DNA from: an uncultured Gammaproteobacteria bacterium
GTDB lineage: Bacteria; Patescibacteriota; Patescibacteriia; Patescibacteriales; UBA12465
Length of the DNA: 64,000 nt
Reading direction: 5' to 3'
Assembly: GCA_964470695.1 (NCBI GenBank)
Contig: CAYYDR010000001.1
Coordinates: forward strand, 10,638 to 74,637
The notes below the pieces were generated by a model. The model did not search any database. It worked only from the letters and a program-made list of their open reading frames with translations, and had not been told where the DNA came from. Below, in pieces: positions 29,175 to 39,342 of this stretch. Numbering within the stretch: position 1 is the stretch's first letter; each line of letters starts with the position of its first letter. A program made the position numbers and the translations under genes.

Positions 29175-30416
29175 ATGAAATACGACCACTTACAACAAGA
29201 CCCCGCCGTTTGGGAAATAGTTCAAAGGGAAGAAAAACGGCAAAATGAAGAACTGGAGCTAATCGCCTCAGAGAATTATGTTAGCCCGGCCGTCTTAGAA
29301 GCGATGGCGACGGTGTTAACTAATAAATATAGTGAGGGTTACGCGGGAAAACGTTATTACGGCGGTAATTATATTATTGATGAAATAGAAAATTTAGCCA
29401 TTGAACGCGCTAAAAAATTATTTGATGCGGAGCATGTTAATGTCCAGCCCTTATCCGGTTCGCCGGCTAACGCGGCGGTCTATATGGCTTTTTTAAATCC
29501 TGGCGACAAGGTATTGGGCCTTAAGCTTGATCATGGTGGGCATTTATCACATGGCCATAAAGTAAATTTTTCCGGACGTCTATATGATTTTGTGCAATAT
29601 GGCGTTAATGCCACGAGCGGTTTAATTGATATGGATGAGGTCCGGGAAATTGCTTTACGAGAAAAACCGAAAATGATAGTGGTCGGATTTAGCGCTTATT
29701 CGCGGGAAGTGGACTGGGCGGGATTTAAAAAAATCGCTGATGAAGTCGGCGCCTATACTTTCGCTGATATCGCTCATATTGCCGGCTTAATAGCGGCTAA
29801 GCAATTAAAAAATCCTGTGCCGATTTTTGATGTCGTTTCTACTACCACCCATAAAACTTTGCGCGGTCCACGCGGTGCTATGATAATGTGTAAAGAGCAG
29901 TTTGCTAAAGCGGTTAATAGCGCGGTTTTTCCAGGTATGCAGGGCGGTCCGCATGATCATATCACGGCCGCTAAAGCCGTCGCTTTTGCTGAAGCTTTAA
30001 AGCCGGAATTTACTGAGTATTCAAAACAGGTTATTAAAAATGCCCAGGCCATGGCCGCCGAATTTATCGCTCGCGGCTATGAAATTGTTTCCGGCGGCAC
30101 GGATAATCATCTGATGGTGATTAATTTAGCTAGTAAGGGCTTAGCCGGGAAGGAAGCGGAAAAGATTTTAGAATTAATAGGCATATCCGTTTCGCGCTCA
30201 ACCATTCCTAATGATCCTAACCCGCCACTTAATCCTTCTGGTATTCGTATTGGTACGCCGGCTATAACTACCAGAGGGCTAAAAGAAAATGAAGTGAAAT
30301 TAGTTGCTTCTTATATTGATGAGGCTTTTATGAATAAGGATAATGCGGCCGTGTTAGATAAATTAAAAGATAAGATTAAGGATATCTGCCGCCAGTTTCC
30401 TATTCCTACCAAATAA
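29175..30416 (+). CDS. glyA: Serine hydroxymethyltransferase
   Basis: 413 aa. PLP-lysine region TTTHKTLRGPRG and the GHLSHGH motif are present. Confidence 0.95.
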   Translation: MKYDHLQQDPAVWEIVQREEKRQNEELELIASENYVSPAVLEAMATVLTNKYSEGYAGKRYYGGNYIIDEIENLAIERAKKLFDAEHVNVQPLSGSPANAAVYMAFLNPGDKVLGLKLDHGGHLSHGHKVNFSGRLYDFVQYGVNATSGLIDMDEVREIALREKPKMIVVGFSAYSREVDWAGFKKIADEVGAYTFADIAHIAGLIAAKQLKNPVPIFDVVSTTTHKTLRGPRGAMIMCKEQFAKAVNSAVFPGMQGGPHDHITAAKAVAFAEALKPEFTEYSKQVIKNAQAMAAEFIARGYEIVSGGTDNHLMVINLASKGLAGKEAEKILELIGISVSRSTIPNDPNPPLNPSGIRIGTPAITTRGLKENEVKLVASYIDEAFMNKDNAAVLDKLKDKIKDICRQFPIPTK

Positions 30417-30419
30417 ACT

Positions 30420-31220
30420 ATGGCCAAAATAATTGATGGTAAAGCGATAGCCGAACGAGTTAAAAATCAAATCGCTAAAAATATATTTGCTCTTAATGGT
30501 CCAAGGCCTAACTTGGCCATTATTTTAGTGGGCGAAAGGGAAGATTCCAAGTTATATGTTTCTCTAAAAGAAAAAGAGGGGAAAAAAGTCGGCATTGATA
30601 CCCATCTTTATTTATTTGCTAGCGATACTTCGGAGGGCGAACTGCTTGCGACTATTAATTTTTTAAATAAGGATGATTTAATAGATGGTATTTTGGTCCA
30701 GCTGCCACTACCAGAAAAATTTAATACGGATAAAATTATTGCCGCTATTGATCCGGCTAAAGACGTAGACGGTTTTCATCCTAACTGTCCAGAATATATT
30801 TTATCGCCAGTTTTAGCTTCTATTCTTGCTTGTCTAGAAGAAATTAATTTTTTACCATCGGGTAAAAAGGCTTGTGTTTTGTATAACTCAGAAGTTTTTG
30901 GGCTGAGCATTAAAAACGCTTTAGTAGCTAAAGGCATGGAAGTAAGCCTTAAGGATAATCCGGCCGAAGCTGATTTATTAATTAGCGCTTTAGGCGAGGC
31001 TCATAAAGTTAAAAAGGAAATGATTAAACAAGACGCCGTTATTATTGATATCGGGATTAGTAAGCTGGACGGTAAAGTTGTCGGTGACATTGATGTTGAA
31101 GATGTTTTAAATAAAATTGGTTATATTACTCCTGTTCCGGGCGGGATAGGACCAATGACCATCGCCTTCTTATTTAAGAATGTTTGGGAAATATATAAAC
31201 GCCACCAAAATAATAGTTAA
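30420..31220 (+). CDS. folD: Bifunctional 5,10-methylene-THF dehydrogenase/cyclohydrolase
   Basis: 266 aa. Canonical N-terminus present (KIIDGKAIAERVK...AIILVGEREDSKLYV). Adjacent to glyA. Confidence 0.9.
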   Translation: MAKIIDGKAIAERVKNQIAKNIFALNGPRPNLAIILVGEREDSKLYVSLKEKEGKKVGIDTHLYLFASDTSEGELLATINFLNKDDLIDGILVQLPLPEKFNTDKIIAAIDPAKDVDGFHPNCPEYILSPVLASILACLEEINFLPSGKKACVLYNSEVFGLSIKNALVAKGMEVSLKDNPAEADLLISALGEAHKVKKEMIKQDAVIIDIGISKLDGKVVGDIDVEDVLNKIGYITPVPGGIGPMTIAFLFKNVWEIYKRHQNNS

Positions 31221-31224
31221 GGTC

Positions 31225-33033
31225 ATGGATAAGAAAAAACAACAACTTAAAGAATTATTAAAGATTCATTTCGGTTATGAATCTTTTTTAGCCGGCCAGG
31301 AAAAAGCCATTGATAGTATTTTGTCCGGGAAAGATACAGTGGTGGTTCTGCCAACGGGCGGTGGCAAGTCTTTAATTTTCCAATTACCGGCTCTAGTTTT
31401 TGAAGGTATAACCATAGTTATTTCTCCTTTGATTGCCCTAATGAAAGATCAGGTTGATTCTTTGGAAAAAGTCGGTATCCCGGCGACTTTTATAAATTCT
31501 TCCATTTCTGTAGCGGAAACAGAGAAGCGTTTGGCTAAATTACGCGATCAAAGCTATAAGATAGTTTATATTGCTCCGGAGCGTTTTTATAATCAGGCTT
31601 TTTTAGTCGGCTTAAAACAAATTAAAGTTTCTTTATTCGCGATTGATGAAGCGCATTGCATCAGCCAATGGGGACATGATTTCCGTCCTAGCTATATGCG
31701 GCTAAAAGAGGCAATTAAATTAGTCGGCTCGCCAACCGTTGTGGCTTTGACTGCTACCGCTACGCCGGAAGTCCGAGACGATATAATCAAGCAGTTAGGC
31801 TTAATTGACTCAGAGATGGTTATCACTGGTTTTGCTCGTCCCAATTTACAGTTAGCGGTGGTGCCGACTGGTAACGGGCAAAAAATTGAAAATATTGTTA
31901 ATCTTTTTACGACTAATTCCGAAATTGGTTCTGGTATAATTTATACGGGAACTAGAGCGAAGGCCGATGAAATATTAGAAGCTTTAATGGATAATAGCAT
32001 TAAGGCCGTGAGTTATCATGCGGGGATGGACGCTAATAGCCGTGATTGGGTCCAAGAGCAATTTATGAGCGGCGAGGCTCAGGTGGTCGTAGCTACTAAC
32101 GCTTTCGGACTAGGCATTAATAAGCGAGACATTAGATATGTTATTCATCATGACTTGCCCGGGACAATAGAAGCTTATTATCAAGAGGCGGGCCGCGCGG
32201 GGCGTGACGGGCAGCCAAGTTTTTGTTTATTATTTTATCATCAGCAAGATCGCTATCTACGGGAGTTTTTTATTAAAGGCGATAATCCTGCCCCTGAAAC
32301 TATTAGCGAGGTTTATGATTTTTTGGTCGGCCGAGCCGGCTTAGAAATTAATCCTAATGCTTCCGTTCTTATTACCTATGCGGAGATTGCCAAGAATTTA
32401 TCGGATTCAGTTCCCGAAATGGCGATTGGCACGGCTTTAAAAATTTTGGAGAAAGAAGGATATATATCACGACCGAATGAAAAAACCGCTAATTCTTTTT
32501 TATGCACTAAAAAGCCCTGGCCGGATATAATTTCCGCCGTTCCGAAGCGCTCTAAGAGCCAGTTAGAAATTATTAAATTATTAGAAGCCAAATATTATCA
32601 TGAGCTAGAAGCTGGTTGGGAGTTTAATCCGGAAGAGGTAGCCATTGTTTTAGGAATTAAGAAAGACTCTCTTTTGAGGGCCGTTAAAAAATTAGCGGAA
32701 AATGATTTGTTAGAATATCGTCCGCCCTTCCGAGGTACGGAAGTAAAAATTCTAAAGCTGGTGGAGACTGAGGATCTCTGTCTGGATTTTAAGGCCTTAA
32801 AAGCTAAAGCGGCGCGGGCTTTTGAAAAATTAGACGAGATGGAGGGCTATGTTTACTCCACTGTCTGCCGCCAAGAGTATATTTTGAAATATTTTGGCGA
32901 TTCACAGGCGCGGCCGTGTGGTAAATGCGATAATTGTTTGCGGGGAGAAAGAAGAGCTGGCCATTCAAGTCATCATCATAGTAGTTCCAGTAAAGATCAC
33001 TCACCGACTAAAGAATATTTAGGAGATTTTTAA
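31225..33033 (+). CDS. recQ: ATP-dependent DNA helicase RecQ, with His/Ser-rich C-terminal tail
   Basis: Helicase motifs present (LPTGGGKSLIFQLPAL, DEAHCISQWGHDFR), plus RQC/zinc cluster CGKCDNC and tail HSSHHHSSSS. Start chosen at MDKKKQQ (31225), preceded by an AAGG RBS and abutting the folD stop; the longer ORF from 31180 overlaps folD. Confidence 0.9.
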   Translation: MDKKKQQLKELLKIHFGYESFLAGQEKAIDSILSGKDTVVVLPTGGGKSLIFQLPALVFEGITIVISPLIALMKDQVDSLEKVGIPATFINSSISVAETEKRLAKLRDQSYKIVYIAPERFYNQAFLVGLKQIKVSLFAIDEAHCISQWGHDFRPSYMRLKEAIKLVGSPTVVALTATATPEVRDDIIKQLGLIDSEMVITGFARPNLQLAVVPTGNGQKIENIVNLFTTNSEIGSGIIYTGTRAKADEILEALMDNSIKAVSYHAGMDANSRDWVQEQFMSGEAQVVVATNAFGLGINKRDIRYVIHHDLPGTIEAYYQEAGRAGRDGQPSFCLLFYHQQDRYLREFFIKGDNPAPETISEVYDFLVGRAGLEINPNASVLITYAEIAKNLSDSVPEMAIGTALKILEKEGYISRPNEKTANSFLCTKKPWPDIISAVPKRSKSQLEIIKLLEAKYYHELEAGWEFNPEEVAIVLGIKKDSLLRAVKKLAENDLLEYRPPFRGTEVKILKLVETEDLCLDFKALKAKAARAFEKLDEMEGYVYSTVCRQEYILKYFGDSQARPCGKCDNCLRGERRAGHSSHHHSSSSKDHSPTKEYLGDF

Positions 33034-33034
33034 T

Positions 33035-33739
33035 ATGAAATCGGAAACAGTACAAAAATTGTTAAGTCTAGTCCAGAAAAACTATGAAGAAATAGCGGTT
33101 GATTTTGATAAGACGCGCCAGAAAGAAGTTTGGCCCGAACTTAAGCAGTTTTCTTTTTTAGCCGAGCCTGATAAAAAGATTTTGGATGTCGGTTGCGGTA
33201 ATGGACGATTGATTTCCGCTTTTGATATTTCTTCTAGTAATTATTTAGGAGTTGATAATAGCGAGCCTCTTCTTAAAATTGCTCAATCAAAATATCCTGA
33301 CCATCAGTTTCGGCTAGATGATATTTTAGCTTTAAGCCAAGCCAGCGATATTTCTTATGATAGTATTTTTTGTTTAGCCGTTTTGCCTCATATCCCCAGT
33401 GAAGAGCTTAGAATAAAAGCGCTTATTAACTTAAAGAAGAAATTACGGCCCGGAGGGACTATTGTTTTAAGTGCTTGGAATTTATGGAGTCCAATTTGGC
33501 GCGGCCGCCATTATCGCCAGCTCATTTTAAAAAGCTGGTTATGGAGTTTAGTTGGTCGGCAGGGGCTAGAGTTCGGCGATATTTTATTCCCCTGGAAAAA
33601 CGCTCAGGGAACGGTCGTGAGCGAGCGTTATTATCATGCTTTTAGGACTGGGGAATTAAAAAAACTAGCTCAGTCAGCCGGATTAAAAGTAAAAGACTTA
33701 AAAAAAGATAAGCATAATTATTGGCTTATATTAAATTAA
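33035..33739 (+). CDS. Class I SAM-dependent methyltransferase
   Basis: 234 aa. Motif I is ILDVGCGNGRL; the Methyltransf_11/12-like fold. Confidence 0.7.
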   Translation: MKSETVQKLLSLVQKNYEEIAVDFDKTRQKEVWPELKQFSFLAEPDKKILDVGCGNGRLISAFDISSSNYLGVDNSEPLLKIAQSKYPDHQFRLDDILALSQASDISYDSIFCLAVLPHIPSEELRIKALINLKKKLRPGGTIVLSAWNLWSPIWRGRHYRQLILKSWLWSLVGRQGLEFGDILFPWKNAQGTVVSERYYHAFRTGELKKLAQSAGLKVKDLKKDKHNYWLILN

Positions 33740-33839
33740 TTATCACCTCAGTCCTTAATTATTATTAAGCTAATTATTAAATATTAGTAGTCAGTAATAG
33801 TAGATTGGTGCCTTAATAAGGGGCTATTTTTTTATCCTC

Positions 33840-33867
33840 TTGACACCCCCTGGGGGTATGCTATAAT
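33840..33867 (+). promoter_or_regulatory. Near-consensus sigma-70 promoter with an embedded 13-bp perfect palindrome (candidate CsoR-type operator)
   Basis: TTGACA (33840-45), 16-nt spacer, TATAAT (33862-67). The spacer contains ACCCCC-T-GGGGGT (33845-57). The ATG of the CsoR-like gene is 20 nt downstream. Confidence 0.5.
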
Positions 33868-33886
33868 TAGTTTATAATTATAATAT

Positions 33887-34129
33887 ATGAAAACAGCCGA
33901 TCAACGCCTTAATAATATAATTGGGCAATTAGAAGGGGCTAAAAAAATGTTAGTCGATAAGGATAGAGATTGTTTTGCCTTGCTAATTCAGCTTAAGGCA
34001 GCCAAGTCAGCCATGTCTTCTTTAATGGAAAAAATTGTTAGTGAAGAATTTGATCGCTGTTTAATCGGGCCGCATAAGGCCAGCCGCGATAAGATGGAAA
34101 AAATATTTAAAGAAATAATGAATAAGTAA
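33887..34129 (+). CDS. CsoR/RcnR/FrmR-family metal-sensing transcriptional repressor
   Basis: 80 aa. DUF156 pattern present (RLNNIIGQLEGAKKML...DCFALLIQLKAAKSA...FDRCLIGPH), with Cys and His at the canonical ligand positions. Confidence 0.65.
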   Translation: MKTADQRLNNIIGQLEGAKKMLVDKDRDCFALLIQLKAAKSAMSSLMEKIVSEEFDRCLIGPHKASRDKMEKIFKEIMNK

Positions 34130-34172
34130 ATAGATAATAATTTAATAATAAATAACTATAAGTTACAAATTT

Positions 34173-34505
34173 ATGTCAAACGCGTTAGAAGTAAAAAAAG
34201 ATAGTTTCGCCGCCGAAGTTTTAAATAGCGACCTGCCGGTCTTGGTAGATTTTTGGGCGCCTTGGTGTATGCCTTGCCGGATGATGGCGCCAATTTTAGA
34301 TGAATTAGCGGGCGAGATGGCGGGCCGGGTTAAGATAGCTAAAGTTAATACCGAGGATGGTGCTAACCAGGATTTGGCCATGGAGTATCAGATTCAGAGT
34401 ATCCCTAATATGAAGTTATTCAAGGGCGGAAAAGTGATTGGCGAATTCATTGGTTTAAGAAATAAAGAAACCTTAAAAGGAGAAATTGAAGCTTTTATAA
34501 AATAA
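34173..34505 (+). CDS. Thioredoxin with atypical CMPC active site
   Basis: 110 aa with a typical Trx fold sequence (VLVDFWAPWCMPCRMMAPILDELA). The canonical WCGPC is replaced by WCMPC. Confidence 0.8.
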   Translation: MSNALEVKKDSFAAEVLNSDLPVLVDFWAPWCMPCRMMAPILDELAGEMAGRVKIAKVNTEDGANQDLAMEYQIQSIPNMKLFKGGKVIGEFIGLRNKETLKGEIEAFIK

Positions 34506-34526
34506 ATAATAAGGGCGTCTAAATAT

Positions 34527-35750
34527 ATGAGTATTTTTAATGATAACCTGAGCCGGCTAAAAGAGATCCAGGCTCTGGAAAATATCAGCGATGGGGACAT
34601 GGCCGCGCTTTTAGAGCCGGCTCAAACTAAATATGCGGAATTGGATATTAATGGCCAGAAATACCCGGCTTGGCGCATTATTTATAGCCGGGCAATAGGT
34701 CCGGGCAAGGGCGGAATTAGATTTCATCCTGATGTCAGCGAAGATGAAGTAAAGTCATTGGCTTTTTGGATGGCGCTCAAGAATTCATTAGCGGATATTC
34801 CTTACGGCGGCGCTAAGGGCGGAGTAAAGTTTGATCCTAAGAAAGCCGATCAGAAAGAATTAGAAGCAGTGAGCCGCCAGTATATGGATAATTTTTATGA
34901 GTTTGTCGGTCAGGATAAAGATATTCCGGCTCCCGATGTTTATACTAACGGTCAAATAATGTCCTGGATGCTTGATCAATTTGAAAAGAAAGTTGGGCAC
35001 CATGAACCAGGCATGATTACCGGTAAACCAGTGGAGCTCGGCGGTATTGCTATGCGCGGTGACGCCACGGCCCAGGGCGGATATATTATAGTTAAGGAAT
35101 TAACCGCTAAATTAATTGATAAAAAAGAAATTAAAGTTATTGTCCAAGGTTTTGGTAACGCCGGCCTTTTTATGGCGGAAAAATTATATAACGACGGCTA
35201 TAAGATAGTGGCCGTCTCTGATAGCAGGGGCGGAATTTATCAGGCAGATGGTTTGAATATTACCGACTTAGCTGCTTTTAAGAATCAGGGCCAAGCTGTT
35301 GGCAATTGGACACAGGGGAAGGCCGTGACTAATGCTGAACTACTGGAGTTAGAAACTGACATTTTAGTTTTAGCGGCCCTAGAAAATCAAATTACTAAAG
35401 ATAACGCCGGCAATATTAAAGCTAAATATATTGTAGAGTTAGCTAACGGGCCGGTTACTTATGAGGCTGATAAAATATTAGCCGCCCAAAATAAGATTAT
35501 TGTGCCTGATATTTTAGCGAATTCTGGCGGCGTAATTGTTAGTTATTTTGAATGGGCCCAGAATAGAACGGGTCAGATTTTAGATGAGGAATATTTGCGT
35601 CAGCTGCTGGAAAAGAAAATGCGAACCAATTGGCAAAGAGTTTATAGTAAGTATGAGGAGAAGGTTGGAACTATAACCTTACGTCAAGCGGCTTACATTA
35701 TAGCGGTCCGCCGTATTTTAGCGGCTGAGAAATGGCGCGGGAGAATATAA
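34527..35750 (+). CDS. gdhA: Glutamate (Glu/Leu/Phe/Val-family) dehydrogenase
   Basis: 407 aa. Conserved GPGKGGIRFHPDV and GGAKGGVKFDP are present, with the Rossmann motif GFGNAG. Confidence 0.85.
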   Translation: MSIFNDNLSRLKEIQALENISDGDMAALLEPAQTKYAELDINGQKYPAWRIIYSRAIGPGKGGIRFHPDVSEDEVKSLAFWMALKNSLADIPYGGAKGGVKFDPKKADQKELEAVSRQYMDNFYEFVGQDKDIPAPDVYTNGQIMSWMLDQFEKKVGHHEPGMITGKPVELGGIAMRGDATAQGGYIIVKELTAKLIDKKEIKVIVQGFGNAGLFMAEKLYNDGYKIVAVSDSRGGIYQADGLNITDLAAFKNQGQAVGNWTQGKAVTNAELLELETDILVLAALENQITKDNAGNIKAKYIVELANGPVTYEADKILAAQNKIIVPDILANSGGVIVSYFEWAQNRTGQILDEEYLRQLLEKKMRTNWQRVYSKYEEKVGTITLRQAAYIIAVRRILAAEKWRGRI

Positions 35751-35816
35751 TATAAAATTTTATTATGGCTGTCAGATAACTCACTTTTAACCAGTTTCGC
35801 TAGTCGGCTATAAATA

Positions 35817-35850
35817 TAAAAACCTCTCTAATTTAGAGAGGTTTTTATTA
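35817..35850. terminator. Bidirectional terminator between gdhA (+) and the DsbA-like gene (-)
   Basis: aaaacctctctaa-ttt-agagaggttttt. Confidence 0.6.
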
Positions 35851-35868
35851 TCTGTTTAACTTTAGTTT

Positions 35869-36879
35869 TTATTGGCAAGCTGCTGCCGCTGCACCAGCTT
35901 CTTGAGTTCCAGAACCGAAGCCTGGAGCCGGAGAGGCACTGGATAGAGCCGCTTGGCATTCTTTAGGCTGGTTATTGAAGGCGCTGCAGATAGCTTTTAA
36001 TAGAGAAGCAGAATCGCGGCCGCTAGAAACCTGTTCGCCGTTTACTATTAAAGTCGGAGAGCCGCCGACATTATACTTCTCATTATCGGCCTTATAAATA
36101 TCAAAGCCTGGGAAGCTGCCCTGGTAACCAACTTTGTTATTGAAGTTATCTATTACTTTATATTGCTTGTCAGTTTTAGAGGCACAAGCTTCCATCTTAG
36201 CTTTATCAACTCCGGTTGAGCTGACACAAGCAGCTGAATCGCTAGATTCTAAGAAGCACTTAAGGTAGCCGCTAAACTTTGGTAACTGTTCTTTCTGGAT
36301 GCAGTATTGATTGAGCTGTTCTTTAAGTTCTTTTTCGCCATGCATGGCATAGCTGTTGAATTTAATTTGGAAATCAATCTTATTGCCTAAAGCTGCAACG
36401 GCTGGTAATAAGCCTTTTTCCATCTGAGTGCCGTAAGGGCAATGGCTCATAACGAATAATTCTACATTTGGCTTATCACTTTTCTTAGTAACTTCAGCGA
36501 CTGGGGCGGCCTGTTCACCAGAGGCTGCCTGGTTAGGCTTTTCGTTACTCATTTTTTCAACATCTAAAGCTTGAGGGAAAAATAATTTTCCATCTCGGGA
36601 CAAATAAGAGTCAACTACGCTGGAGACAATATCAATTTTTAACTTATATAAACCATACTCCTCAGTTATCTCTTTAATGGTGGCTTTATTGCCGCCTGAT
36701 AACAGATAGGTATTAATGAACTGCTCGGCCTTAGCCTTAGCTTCTTCCTGGCTAAGATTCTTAACCGGTTTTTGATAAGAGAACAAAGCAATTACTACTA
36801 GCACAATAACTAGCAGAATCGGCAATGTGACTCGCAAAAAGCGTTCGCGAGAAAATAAACTTTTTATGAGTTTCTTCAT
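35869..36879 (-). CDS. Membrane-anchored thioredoxin-fold (DsbA-like) protein, Cys-rich
   Basis: 336 aa with an N-terminal TM helix. CPYG redox motif in FVMSHCPYGTQ, and several additional Cys pairs. Confidence 0.5.
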   Translation of the reverse strand: MKKLIKSLFSRERFLRVTLPILLVIVLVVIALFSYQKPVKNLSQEEAKAKAEQFINTYLLSGGNKATIKEITEEYGLYKLKIDIVSSVVDSYLSRDGKLFFPQALDVEKMSNEKPNQAASGEQAAPVAEVTKKSDKPNVELFVMSHCPYGTQMEKGLLPAVAALGNKIDFQIKFNSYAMHGEKELKEQLNQYCIQKEQLPKFSGYLKCFLESSDSAACVSSTGVDKAKMEACASKTDKQYKVIDNFNNKVGYQGSFPGFDIYKADNEKYNVGGSPTLIVNGEQVSSGRDSASLLKAICSAFNNQPKECQAALSSASPAPGFGSGTQEAGAAAAACQ

Positions 36880-36982
36880 AATTTTTATTTTATTATTAAT
36901 TATTTATTATTTTGTAAATTAGTAATCTTATTATAGTAAAAATAAGCACCGTCGTCAAAGGGCTTGCGCATTTTTCATTTAT

Positions 36983-37798
36983 TTAGTGGCGCGGCAGGGC
37001 GCTAGACAGTTCCTGGGGAAGGCCGATTTCAAAATTTAATTTTTTGCCTGATAAATCCTGGAATTCTAAATGGACAGCGGTTAGAAAAACTCGGCCTAAA
37101 TTAAGCTTCTTGTTTTTAACTTCGGTTTTTTTAGTAGAATATAGATCGTCGCCAGCTAGAGGGTGCCCATAGGCAAAAAAATGGACGCGAATTTGGTGAG
37201 TTCGTCCAGTTTTAATGTTAACGCGCACTAGGGTATAGTTTACAAAACGCTGTAAGACAGTGAATTCGGTTAGGGCTTGGCGGGATTTAAACCAGCTTTC
37301 AATATTGCCTTGATCGCGATATTTAGGATGGCGGCGGTTTAACAAGTCGCTAGCATTAGTCGGAATAGCAGCCATTTTATAACCGCTCTGGGAGCGGGTA
37401 ATGGGAAAATCTATCACCCCGGAATCGTTAGCTAATCGGCCATGGACCAGAGCCAGATATTCTTTATTAACTTCGCGATCTTTAAATTGCCCCTTGAGAC
37501 TAGCAAAACTCTTATTATTTTTAGCGATAACCATTAAGCCGCTAACATCTTTATCTAGGCGGTGCACTAAGCCGGGTCTAGCCGGATCATCACCGACAGT
37601 TTTTATTTTAGGATATTTAGCAATTAGCCAGTCCGCCAAGGTCGGTTCGGTTAAGTTCCCTCCGCCGTGGACAGCTAAGCCGGCCGGCTTATTTATCACT
37701 AAATAATCAGTCGTTTCCGCTATTATGGTTGGCTCAATCATTAATTTACTTGCCTTAACCGCTAGCTCGTCTTTTTCTGGCTTATCTTTTTTAGTCAT
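36983..37798 (-). CDS. RluA-family pseudouridine synthase
   Basis: 271 aa. Catalytic Asp motif HRLDKDVSGLMVIAKN is present. Confidence 0.8.
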   Translation of the reverse strand: MTKKDKPEKDELAVKASKLMIEPTIIAETTDYLVINKPAGLAVHGGGNLTEPTLADWLIAKYPKIKTVGDDPARPGLVHRLDKDVSGLMVIAKNNKSFASLKGQFKDREVNKEYLALVHGRLANDSGVIDFPITRSQSGYKMAAIPTNASDLLNRRHPKYRDQGNIESWFKSRQALTEFTVLQRFVNYTLVRVNIKTGRTHQIRVHFFAYGHPLAGDDLYSTKKTEVKNKKLNLGRVFLTAVHLEFQDLSGKKLNFEIGLPQELSSALPRH

Positions 37799-37803
37799 AT
37801 ATT

Positions 37804-39279
37804 TTAGAAATCAGGGGAATTATAGGTCGGTCCGCCGCTTTTGTTCTGGCCTTTAAAAATTGCTAATAAGTCGGCGTATTTTATCCCACCCATTAAAAAT
37901 AAGGCTAGAAGATAAATAATTACGCCCACTATTAAAATCATTATTAGTCCGACCAAGGTAGTTTGATACGGCATCAATAAAAAGTAAAGAGCCGCTCCCA
38001 TTATTAAACTGCTCACCAGTGATTTGCCCAGCATTCTGAAGTTTGGTCGGAAGCCGCTATATTTATATACGCAATAGCCGGAAAAAATTGCAATCATGGT
38101 TTCACTATAAACAGTTACGCTAGCTGCCCCGAAGTAAGAGAAGCGGGGAATAAGAATAAGATAAGCGATTAGCGAGCTAAGACTAGTAAAAACATATAGG
38201 CTTATCATGCTTTTTTGGCGGTCTAGCGCAATGACGGCGTGAGAGAACATAGTACCGATAAAAATAGCGGCGACGGCAAAAATAAGTATTTGGAGAATAT
38301 ATCCGGCGCTGGTAAATTCTGGCCCGGCCACAAAAGTAAGAATAGCGCTGGCCGTACATTGGGCGCCTATTATAAGGGGAATGGCCATGATTAACATTAA
38401 ATCAAAAGATTTTTGGAGGACTTTTTTAAAGTAATCAGGATTTTTTCCTAGCCAAGCGGCGGTCATGATAGGGAGAATTAAGCCGGCAAACATAAAGGGG
38501 ATGGTAGTCAGGACGTCTATTATTCGGTAAGAGGCACCGTAGAGACCGACATCGTCAGTGGTTTTAAATAATGATAAGAGAAGAGTATCAGCTCGTAGAT
38601 AAATAAGATTTAAAACAATAGTTATCGCTAGGGGCCATGACTTAGAAATTATTTTTTTCCATAATGCCCAATCAAACTCTGGCCGGAGCGCGGCAAAGGG
38701 CCGCGATAAAATATAATGGAAGAAAAAACTGGTAGCCGCTGAAGCAACATTAGCTAGCAGGATGCCGTTTAAACCCGACTCTAAATCAATTGCTAATAGT
38801 AAACTAAGGATTAATACTAGGCGGGAGGCTATTTCAGCGATAGCGTCTCTATCCATGCTTAATTTTTTCTGAAATAGGCCGATGATAATTTGGTTAAGAG
38901 CCGGAAACAAAAAAGAAATAAGCGCAATTAGAATTCCGGATTTAATAGCCTGGTTATAAGGGAAAAGCGCCATAAGTAGTGGCGCCAAGGATAAAATTAA
39001 AACAGCGGAAATCAGACGCAAGCCGAAGAGATTATTGAGGATTTTATTTTCGTCTTTTTCTTCGCCGCTAATCATTTGCACCGTTACTAGAGTTAAACCT
39101 AAATCAGCAATGACGGCGAAGAAGGTTAAATAGGTAATGACGGTTGTGTATTCTCCAAAGCCAGCTCGGCCTAAATAGCGGGTGATAATAGCCAGAGAGA
39201 AAAGACCTAAAATCGTGGCGACGATTTTACCGGAAATTTGGATCAGAGTATTAATGGCAACTTTTTTGGCTAAGCTCAT
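37804..39279 (-). CDS. MOP-superfamily flippase (Wzx/polysaccharide biosynthesis protein family)
   Basis: 491 aa with about 14 TM helices. N-terminal pattern typical of Polysacc_synt (PF01943). Confidence 0.6.
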   Translation of the reverse strand: MSLAKKVAINTLIQISGKIVATILGLFSLAIITRYLGRAGFGEYTTVITYLTFFAVIADLGLTLVTVQMISGEEKDENKILNNLFGLRLISAVLILSLAPLLMALFPYNQAIKSGILIALISFLFPALNQIIIGLFQKKLSMDRDAIAEIASRLVLILSLLLAIDLESGLNGILLANVASAATSFFFHYILSRPFAALRPEFDWALWKKIISKSWPLAITIVLNLIYLRADTLLLSLFKTTDDVGLYGASYRIIDVLTTIPFMFAGLILPIMTAAWLGKNPDYFKKVLQKSFDLMLIMAIPLIIGAQCTASAILTFVAGPEFTSAGYILQILIFAVAAIFIGTMFSHAVIALDRQKSMISLYVFTSLSSLIAYLILIPRFSYFGAASVTVYSETMIAIFSGYCVYKYSGFRPNFRMLGKSLVSSLIMGAALYFLLMPYQTTLVGLIMILIVGVIIYLLALFLMGGIKYADLLAIFKGQNKSGGPTYNSPDF

Positions 39280-39342
39280 TTTCTTGTGTTTCTAAGTAGA
39301 TTTTTATATAATATTAAGGTCTAATATAATTATATCATATTT

